Shown piece after piece: positions 30,160 through 36,695 of a DNA stretch of 64,000 nt (position 1 is the stretch's first letter; each line of letters starts with the position of its first letter). The notes under the pieces are model-generated. The model saw only the letters and a program-made list of their open reading frames with translations, was not told the origin of the DNA and did not search any database. Made by a program: the position numbers and the translations under genes. This DNA comes from Chitinophagales bacterium. GTDB lineage: Bacteria > Bacteroidota > Bacteroidia > Chitinophagales > CAIOSU01. The stretch covers positions 26,109-90,108 of the forward strand of contig JBBDNB010000043.1 in the NCBI GenBank assembly GCA_040877935.1. The letters run 5' to 3'.

Positions 30160-30600
30160 ATGGAAAAACTGGAAATTGAATTGCCGGAAAAGTTTTTGTT
30201 TTCTACCGAAATGGAAGTCCGTGCCAATGATATCAATTATGCCGGACATTTGGGCAATGTACAAATCATTGGACTGCTTGATGAAGCCCGTGTACGTTTT
30301 TTCAGATGGCTTGGATATGATGAGGCCGATGTAGAAGGCAGCAGCTCTATTATGGGCGATATGTCTTGTCAATTTAAGGGAGAAGCATTTTGGGGAGATA
30401 CTTTAATTGTAGAGGTCACAATTACAGCATTTTTCTCTAAGGCTTATCGCGTTGTGTATCGTATTCGCCATGCAGATAGCGATAAAGAGGTGGCCAATGC
30501 TTTTTGTACACTGGTCACCTTTGACTATAAAAGTCGGAAGGTAGTTCCGGTGCCGGAGGCTTTTAAAAAGCGTATGGAAAAAATGCTGGAAGAATTATAA
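30160..30600 (+). CDS. hotdog-fold acyl-CoA thioesterase (4HBT/YbgC-like)
   Basis: 146 aa. VRANDINYAGHLGNVQIIGLLDEARVRFF fits the 4HBT thioesterase N-terminal pattern. The start is 1 nt after the upstream stop. Confidence 0.65.
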   Translation: MEKLEIELPEKFLFSTEMEVRANDINYAGHLGNVQIIGLLDEARVRFFRWLGYDEADVEGSSSIMGDMSCQFKGEAFWGDTLIVEVTITAFFSKAYRVVYRIRHADSDKEVANAFCTLVTFDYKSRKVVPVPEAFKKRMEKMLEEL

Positions 30601-30607
30601 TTTAAAT

Positions 30608-30970
30608 CTACTTCTTTGATTTCCATATCCATAAAGGCCAGGCGATAAATACAAATTGAATGGGAAGCCTTATATAGGCCATTGTTTTGCTGCCAATGGC
30701 AGGATTTTCAATAAATACATCGATAATGTGCAAGGGCAGAAAAGCACACATCAAAAGGAAAATTCCAAATGCGGCCATTTTTTGAAAAGCAGGAATTAAC
30801 AAACCAATACCCAACGCAATTTCTACAATACCGGTGATATAATTTACCGCCAATTTGGGAAGAAAATCCGGAATAAAAGGATTGTACATTTCAGGATTGA
30901 TAAAGTGCCCTATACCTGCAATGATCATAAATAGGGACAAAAGGAAGCTGACTATCTTTTTTATAAACAT
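30608..30970 (-). CDS. small DoxX-like membrane protein
   Basis: 120 aa with four predicted TM helices and AGIGHFINPEMY...IVEIALGIGLLIP, as in DoxX/YphA-like proteins. Confidence 0.5.
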   Translation of the reverse strand: MFIKKIVSFLLSLFMIIAGIGHFINPEMYNPFIPDFLPKLAVNYITGIVEIALGIGLLIPAFQKMAAFGIFLLMCAFLPLHIIDVFIENPAIGSKTMAYIRLPIQFVFIAWPLWIWKSKK

Positions 30971-31093
30971 TGCTCAAAGATAGGAGATATATTGTTCGAT
31001 AAAATACATTCTCAATTATTTACCGTGTTTAGCCTCAAAAGCTTTTTTAATGAGGCAGAAAATGGCTATTTTTGCAGTTCCAAATTTTAAAAT

Positions 31094-31203
31094 GGTCGCG
31101 TAGCTCAGTCCAGACGAAGCAAAGCTTGTCTGGATGCAGACATTCAGAGAATCGTCTGCATTGGATATCGCAATTTTTGATTACCGCAGGTTTTTAATCC
31201 TGC
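31094..31203 (+). pseudogene. degenerate tRNA-Arg-like copy A interrupted by two hairpins
   Basis: GGTCGCGTAGCTCAGT equals tRNA nt 1-16. Next come hairpins CCAGAC...GTCTGG (31110-31133) and ATGCAGAC...GTCTGCAT (31134-31161), then TGGATA (rest of the D-loop), then the T-arm-like GCAGG-TTTTTAAT-CCTGC (31186-31203). There is no 3' acceptor strand. Confidence 0.7.
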
Positions 31204-31214
31204 TTTGAAATATT

Positions 31215-31277
31215 GGTCGCGTAGCTCAGTTGGATACCCGCCCGTACCGAAAAGGCACGTTCGGGCGGGGAGCATCT
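31215..31277 (+). pseudogene. tRNA-Arg 5' fragment B (nt 1-30) with a 33-nt GC-rich palindrome in the D-loop
   Basis: GGTCGCGTAGCTCAGTTGGATA, then the insert at 31237-31269 (CCCGCCCGTACCGAAAAGGCACGTTCGGGCGGG), then GAGCATCT. Identity to the real gene ends in the anticodon stem. Confidence 0.85.
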
Positions 31278-31315
31278 TAAAGCATTACATTGACTATTTT
31301 AATTTTTGAAAACAT

Positions 31316-31389
31316 GGTCGCGTAGCTCAGTTGGATAGAGCATCTGCCTTCTAAGCAGACGGTCACAGGTTCGAATCCTGTCGCGATCA
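31316..31389 (+). tRNA. tRNA-Arg (anticodon TCT)
   Basis: Hand-folded cloverleaf: acceptor GGTCGCG/CGCGATC, D-arm GCTC-AGTTGGATA-GAGC, anticodon arm TCTGC-CTTCTAA-GCAGA, variable loop CGGTC, T-arm ACAGG-TTCGAAT-CCTGT, discriminator A. 74 nt, no encoded CCA. Confidence 0.95.
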
Positions 31390-31393
31390 CGAA

Positions 31394-31425
31394 AAGGCTT
31401 CACAAGTGTGGAGCCTTTTTTATTT
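31394..31425 (+). terminator. rho-independent terminator after tRNA-Arg
   Basis: AAGGCTTCAC/GTGGAGCCTT stem followed by a T-run. Confidence 0.7.
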
Positions 31426-31457
31426 TATAATTTGAGTGAATTTATTTCTTGAAAACC

Positions 31458-31520
31458 GCAGACGGTCACAGGTTCCCCGCCCGAACGCATTCAGGCGGGC
31501 GGGGAATCCTGTCGCGATCA
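31458..31520 (+). pseudogene. tRNA-Arg 3' fragment C (nt 39-74) with a 28-nt GC-rich palindrome in the T-loop
   Basis: GCAGACGGTCACAGGTTC, then the insert at 31476-31503 (CCCGCCCGAACGCATTCAGGCGGGCGGG), then GAATCCTGTCGCGATCA. A second terminator-like hairpin follows (31523-31557). Confidence 0.85.
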
Positions 31521-31562
31521 CAAAGCCTTCCAAGAAATTGGAGGGCTTTTTTGTTTTTCAAA

Positions 31563-31586
31563 CCCAAGGGGTCATGACCCCTTGGG
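31563..31586. repeat. perfect 24-nt palindrome CCCAAGGGGTCATGACCCCTTGGG
   Basis: Every position pairs with its mirror position. It lies in the non-coding tRNA-island junction. Confidence 0.9.
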
Positions 31587-31668
31587 GAAGGGGAATCCAG
31601 CAGTGCCCACATAGAATGGGAAAGCTTTACAGGATTTGGAGGTTTTTTTGTTTTTGGGCTATTAGGCA

Positions 31669-31737
31669 TTACTTTTTTCTGATAGTTTCCTTTAGGTCAT
31701 CACCCAAGCGTGTATTTACATTGTCGATTAGTTTCAT
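31669..31737 (-). pseudogene. 22-codon remnant resembling the N-terminus of PLD-nuclease/helicase defense proteins
   Basis: Hand translation gives MKLIDNVNTRLGDDLKETIRKK then a stop. MKLIDN....L...L...I is the N-terminal pattern I recall for PLD-domain helicase-associated proteins. Homology stops where the tRNA-flank sequence begins. Confidence 0.3.
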
Positions 31738-31743
31738 AGTGTA

Positions 31744-31997
31744 TCAGCCAAAATATTTTTCTTCATCACTCAGTTCCTTAATCAAGTGAGTGCAATTTCT
31801 TTCTTCTGCCCATCTACAGGTAGACTTCCAACGATCACCTTTTTCAAAGTCAGAGCTAAAGTTCCAACCTGCGAGAATCAAAGGCGTTGGCGGTTTTCAC
31901 CTTTTGATTCAAGTTCTTGCTTACAATAATTATCTAATGTCTGGTGTATTTCATGCCAAACTTTAGGAATAGGTGATATAAACTCCTTGTTATACAT
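31744..31997 (-). pseudogene. small conserved-looking ORF with a frameshift, translationally coupled to res
   Basis: The ATG overlaps the res stop (TAATG). Frame a reads MYNKEFISPIPKVWHEIHQTLDNYCKQELESKGEN and stops at 31878-31880. A second frame continues PPTPLILAGWNFSSDFEKGDRWKSTCRWAEERNCTHLIKELSDEEKYFG to the stop at 31744. The total of 254 nt is not a multiple of 3. Confidence 0.5.
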
Positions 31998-34900
31998 TAA
32001 CTCAATTGTACAATATCCATCAGCTTTTCATAGCTGCTTACTTTCTCAAATTTAACTTCTGCACCACTTATCTCATTAAAATGGACTTTGGCGCATTCAA
32101 TTTTTAGCTTCTCGATCTCTCTCAAGTCCATATCCGAATCAGAACCTTTGGTTTCTGCAACGAAGTAGATATGTCGGACTTTGTCCTTGTCAAAGACTAT
32201 CGCCCAATCCGGACTGTAATTGGCAACTGGTGTGGAAATATAGAAGCTTTTAGGAAGCTTGGCATAGACCACTACTTCGGTGCTGTTTTCTAAGGCTGTA
32301 GCAAAGTCCGATTCAATTTTAGAGTCGGAAGTAAGGAAGTCGTAAATGTGCTTTTTGAGAAATTCAGACTTGCGCAAAGCAAATTTATCATTGGTAAAAA
32401 CCGTTTTGACATCATGCCTTTCTTCAGTTTTGTGATAAACAATATTGTTGATTATCAGGCTTGCCTTCACTTCATTGATCAGCTTGCTGCATTTGCCAAT
32501 AAACTCTTCAGGATTCTTACGAATGAGCAGGAACTTCTCTTGCTTAATCTTCTTGAGTATCTCTACAATGGTTTTTCTTGTGAGGTTGGTTTGCACTTCA
32601 ATTTCACCCACCACATCATACACTGTATTGGAATAGAGGTCGTTTTTCAGTTTCATGTACTGACGTTTGGACTCACGTACCAAGCTGCCTTCTTTCATTT
32701 GCTCTGCTGTACCGTCTTCTAATTCTCCTGTCTTTATTTCATATACACGATCTCCAATATTGAGCTGCGCATCTATTCTGATTTTTGAATCTTGAATGAG
32801 CTGCTCTGTATCGAACTGTACTTCGTAAATGGTTTTCAGGTTTATTTTTTCCCAAAGTGCCTGAAACTCCTTTTTTGAAAAGTTCTTGTTGGTATTGAGA
32901 ATTACAGTTTGGCGTTCATCTTCAGGTTTAAACTCCTTTCCTGTATAGACCGATGTCAGCAATTTGCAAATTGAGGTTCTATAAGGCTCAAGCTGTTCGG
33001 GTAGAGGCACTTTGTTTTGTTCGATAAGTTCTTTTCCTTCATCGGTTACCTTGCCATTGGCATCCGCTACCCTCTCAAATAAAAGAGTGTTGTTCAGCAA
33101 AGTAGCTTCCAGCTCGTCTATTCGGTGTTCATCCCCCTTTTCGTTCGTTACTACTTTATTGATAAATATTCGAGCCTCAATTTTTTGCGGACGGTCTTTG
33201 AGGGTATCTGCAATTTCTTTTTGTAGTCCTTTGGCAAAGGCTTCATAAGTCTCGGAAGCAATGACGGTGAGTTTATTAATTTCATGTACTCGTTCTCCTA
33301 CTAATCCAAAATCCTGACGGACACCGTGGTTATTTACACAAAGGCGCATGCCGCGACCTACTTCTTGTCTGCGCCTGGTTAGGCTTCCACTTTCAGAGTG
33401 TTTGAGGGCGCAGATTTGGAATACATTCGGGTTGTCCCAACCTTCTTTCAATGCTGAATGAGAGAATATAAAGCGGGTTGGTTCTTCAAAACTGAGCAAC
33501 CTTTCCTTATTCTTCATTATCAGGTTATAAGCTGAAACATCTTCTGAATCTTCCTTGCCACGTTTCACAGTAGGATCTACAGTTTTTCCTTTTTTATCTA
33601 TTGAAAAATAACCATCATGTACTTTTTTAGGAGTATCACGCATAAGGTATTTGTCATATAGAGGCATTGTCATGTCGCGTTCTTCTTCACGGATTTTAGC
33701 ATATTCTTCTTCAAATATTTTGGCGTATTCGCCCAATTGCTGTTCCCCTAATTCATCATAAACACGGTATTTCTCTACGGTATCAATAAAGAAGAGAGAA
33801 AGCACCTTTATGCCCTGGCCAAAAAGCTGCTTTTCTTTTTGCAAATGAGAAAGGATGCATTCCCTTATCTGCACCCTGCGGAAAGCATGTTCATCTTTAT
33901 CATTAAGAATATCTCCTGGAAAAACATCCTGACCCCCAACCACTATCTTATTTAGATAGCCATTAATTTCGGTTATTGTTTGATTCTTGTATGCAGGCAT
34001 ATTTCCTGAATGCTCATAAATGTTGTAGCCTTCAGCAACCTTTATCCGCTTTTTGGTAATGGAACCGGAAGCCGTTCGTTTTTCATGTTCTATTAATGCA
34101 TAAGGTGGTTTTGTGGTACTCAGAATGATATTTTCTAAATACATATATCCCGTTGTACCTGTTGAACCTTTTAGGTTAATACCCTTTACTTGTATTTTCT
34201 TCACCAAGCGTTTGTTGTAGGCATCTAATGCATCGAGGCGATAAATCTTATTGTATTCAATTTTGTGGGTAGCTGAATAACGTAACGTGAAAAGTGCATT
34301 AAAGTCCTGCATACTCTTTAAGGTCTTTTCACCTTCTACTGATTGTGGCTCATCCACTATTAAGATTGGGTTAGTCTCTGCTATAATTTCAATAGGCTTA
34401 CGTGTGCCAAACTGGTCTAATTCCTGATAGATACGTCTTGCATCTTTACCACGCGCATTGAATGCCTGTGTATTGATAATCATGACACTGATACGGCTGT
34501 CAGAAGCGAAGTTCTCAATATCCTGCGGGCGGCCTGAATTATATATGAAAGGATTGATCTTGTGCCCATAGAGTTCCTGAAAGTGGTCCTGTGTAATCTG
34601 AAAGGATTTGTACACCCCTTCACGAATAGCAATGCTGGGCACAATGACAATGAACTTACTCCAACCGTATTTTTTATGCAGCTCGTACATGGTCCGGATA
34701 TAGGTATAGGTTTTACCAGTACCTGTTTCCATTTCAATGGTGAGGTTGTATCCCAAATTCACACCATTAGGGCGTTCAATTTTCTTGCTTTCATGAAGGT
34801 CATTCTGTTTTTGGACTTCCTGAATGTTTTTGAGCATTTGTTCATCCCAATTTTTAGGAAGTTCAGAATTTCGATAACCAATTTCTTTTTCTATTTCAAA

Positions 34901-35065
34901 GTCTAAGCTTTGAATTCCCATAGCTGCTTGCTTAGCTTTGCGAATGAGTTCCTTACTACGCTCTAAGGTGAAGTGATTGGTTTTTAGTGGTTGCCCTTCA
35001 AAACAATCTACTACAGCCTGAACCGCCTTTATCTGAAAGTCTTGTTCTTTAAACTGTAGTTTCAT
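31997..35065 (-). CDS. res: Type III restriction endonuclease Res subunit (SF2 helicase + C-terminal PD-(D/E)xK nuclease)
   Basis: 1022 aa. Walker A METGTGKTYTY, DExx box LIVDEPQS, helicase motif VI RRRQEVGRGMRL, and a C-terminal nuclease core YSPDWAIVF...IYFVAETKG. Confidence 0.9.
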   Translation of the reverse strand: MKLQFKEQDFQIKAVQAVVDCFEGQPLKTNHFTLERSKELIRKAKQAAMGIQSLDFEIEKEIGYRNSELPKNWDEQMLKNIQEVQKQNDLHESKKIERPNGVNLGYNLTIEMETGTGKTYTYIRTMYELHKKYGWSKFIVIVPSIAIREGVYKSFQITQDHFQELYGHKINPFIYNSGRPQDIENFASDSRISVMIINTQAFNARGKDARRIYQELDQFGTRKPIEIIAETNPILIVDEPQSVEGEKTLKSMQDFNALFTLRYSATHKIEYNKIYRLDALDAYNKRLVKKIQVKGINLKGSTGTTGYMYLENIILSTTKPPYALIEHEKRTASGSITKKRIKVAEGYNIYEHSGNMPAYKNQTITEINGYLNKIVVGGQDVFPGDILNDKDEHAFRRVQIRECILSHLQKEKQLFGQGIKVLSLFFIDTVEKYRVYDELGEQQLGEYAKIFEEEYAKIREEERDMTMPLYDKYLMRDTPKKVHDGYFSIDKKGKTVDPTVKRGKEDSEDVSAYNLIMKNKERLLSFEEPTRFIFSHSALKEGWDNPNVFQICALKHSESGSLTRRRQEVGRGMRLCVNNHGVRQDFGLVGERVHEINKLTVIASETYEAFAKGLQKEIADTLKDRPQKIEARIFINKVVTNEKGDEHRIDELEATLLNNTLLFERVADANGKVTDEGKELIEQNKVPLPEQLEPYRTSICKLLTSVYTGKEFKPEDERQTVILNTNKNFSKKEFQALWEKINLKTIYEVQFDTEQLIQDSKIRIDAQLNIGDRVYEIKTGELEDGTAEQMKEGSLVRESKRQYMKLKNDLYSNTVYDVVGEIEVQTNLTRKTIVEILKKIKQEKFLLIRKNPEEFIGKCSKLINEVKASLIINNIVYHKTEERHDVKTVFTNDKFALRKSEFLKKHIYDFLTSDSKIESDFATALENSTEVVVYAKLPKSFYISTPVANYSPDWAIVFDKDKVRHIYFVAETKGSDSDMDLREIEKLKIECAKVHFNEISGAEVKFEKVSSYEKLMDIVQLS

Positions 35066-36693
35066 TTTTCTTCTATTAGATCTATTAATTTCATTCCTGA
35101 GTCAGTGATTTTATATCGTTGTTTGGGATGAGTTGGAGTATCGGGGTATTCCATTGTTATCCAACCTATCTCAATCAGCGGATCTAAATACTTCTTTCTA
35201 TTAATCGTTTGGTTACTTAGGTTCATCTTTTCGAATAACTCTTCTCTTTTAATCCACCGTTTAGTAATATCAAGAACTTCTAGTACTCTACTATGAACTT
35301 CTTCATTAATTATAGCTCGAGCTTGGTCACTAGCTCCGTTAGTAGCTCCGTTAGTAGCTCCGTTAGTAGCTCCGTTACTAAAACTAACTATGTCTTCTAA
35401 ATCTTTAAATTTGAACACATTAGCTTGGTCACTAGCTTGGTCACTAGCTTGGTCATTCAGATGAGCAGAAAGGGTAACAAGTACATAACTAGCATCATCT
35501 GTTTCAAAAGAGGGTTCAGAAGAACCATTGGCTTCCAAAGCACCATAAATAGAAGGGAAGCCTGTCCCTCTTCCTTCAGTGAGTTTTAATTCTTTCAGAA
35601 AATCTCCGATTCTCCGATTCCTATATTCTCGAGCTATAATTCTTTTCTGGGTCGAAAGAACTTCACCGTTTACAGGAGGAACCGGTCCCGGATGACTCAA
35701 AATGGTCATTTTATCGGGAAACACTTGGATCTCAATTGGGGCAACATGCTCATAGCTTTTATGATATACCGCATTAGACAAAACTTCCTCAATTGCTTCG
35801 AATGGATAATTGAAAAAACGTTCTGACTCTGCTTTGTTAGCGTGTTTATTGACTTGTTCGGAAATTATGTTGCTCTTGATATAGGAAAGAGTCTCCCTCA
35901 ATTGCTTATGTAAGGGGCCTTTGAAATAGACTTCTTTAAAATTCTTTCCCGAATCATCTTTATGACGTACCAATTCAATCCATGCCCTATCAAAAAACCG
36001 TTCAGGTTTTTTAGAGAAAAATAACAAGCCAACATTCACTGGTCTCACATCTTCATTCGGACCTTTGGCAATGAGCATGGTTTTACACAAGTCAGCAAAT
36101 GGCATGTGAGCACTTTCTTCAAGTAAACCACTTTTGATTTCCTGAAGGTATTCGCGGATAAGCCCTAAGTCTAAGTCATCAAGAGAGGCTTGATTATTTA
36201 TTCTATCATCAAAAGGAATTCGAGCGGCTAACTCTTGAAGTTTTCTAAGGTTTTCTCCTTGAGCTATAATGCTTGTTGAGCCTACACGCACATAATGTCG
36301 TCTTTGAGCTCCATTCCCAAGAGTTGTTGGAGCTGTATAGGGCCGATTATCACCGGCAGGACACCAAAGTACCAAAACAAGTTGCCCTTCTAGCTCATAG
36401 GGTGCTGTAATTGGAAAGTAGGTTGGATTAATTCTATGACCTAGTTGAACGACTTCTCCTTGAATAGCATCTAATTGATTTCGTTGTAATCCTACTGGAG
36501 GAAGAACGGGTTGACCATTTTCTTCAGCAACACCAACGATTATATATCCACCTCCCCAATTTTGTAGATCATTGGCAAAAGCACACATGGAATGAATTAC
36601 ATCCTCGGGGTTCCACCCCTGCTTAAACTCTAAGCGCTCCCACTCAACGGTATTGCCATGTATCAACTCCTCTATGTTTACCGGTAAGGCCAT
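35062..36693 (-). CDS. AlbA_2 (Schlafen-like divergent AAA) + HATPase_c_4 + C-terminal wHTH-like protein embedded between mod and res
   Basis: N-terminal EWERLEFKQGWNPEDVIHSMCAFANDLQNWGGGYIIVGV (AlbA_2 pattern). Central EEVLSNAVYHKSYEHVAPIEIQVFPDKMTILSHPGP (HATPase_c_4 pattern). It has a 4-nt ATGA overlap with the res start and a 2-nt gap after the mod stop. Confidence 0.8.
   Translation of the reverse strand: MALPVNIEELIHGNTVEWERLEFKQGWNPEDVIHSMCAFANDLQNWGGGYIIVGVAEENGQPVLPPVGLQRNQLDAIQGEVVQLGHRINPTYFPITAPYELEGQLVLVLWCPAGDNRPYTAPTTLGNGAQRRHYVRVGSTSIIAQGENLRKLQELAARIPFDDRINNQASLDDLDLGLIREYLQEIKSGLLEESAHMPFADLCKTMLIAKGPNEDVRPVNVGLLFFSKKPERFFDRAWIELVRHKDDSGKNFKEVYFKGPLHKQLRETLSYIKSNIISEQVNKHANKAESERFFNYPFEAIEEVLSNAVYHKSYEHVAPIEIQVFPDKMTILSHPGPVPPVNGEVLSTQKRIIAREYRNRRIGDFLKELKLTEGRGTGFPSIYGALEANGSSEPSFETDDASYVLVTLSAHLNDQASDQASDQANVFKFKDLEDIVSFSNGATNGATNGATNGASDQARAIINEEVHSRVLEVLDITKRWIKREELFEKMNLSNQTINRKKYLDPLIEIGWITMEYPDTPTHPKQRYKITDSGMKLIDLIEEK
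35321..35377. repeat. in-frame 12-nt tandem repeat AGCTCCGTTAGT x3.8 (encodes NGAT x4), preceded by one GCTTGGTCACTA unit
   Basis: Units at 35332-35343, 35344-35355 and 35356-35367, plus a partial unit to 35377. A single copy of the other repeat unit abuts at 35321-35332. Confidence 0.95.
35421..35455. repeat. in-frame 12-nt tandem repeat TAGCTTGGTCAC x2.9 (encodes DQAS x3)
   Basis: Units at 35421-35432 and 35433-35444, plus a partial unit to 35455. Confidence 0.95.
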
Positions 36694-36695
36694 TA

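Noticed and set aside
31436-31789. ORFs 31436-31789 (+, 117 aa) and 31466-31669 (-, 67 aa).
   Set aside because: They run straight through tRNA fragment C, its GC palindrome, two terminator hairpins and the 24-nt palindrome. No coding signal is plausible.
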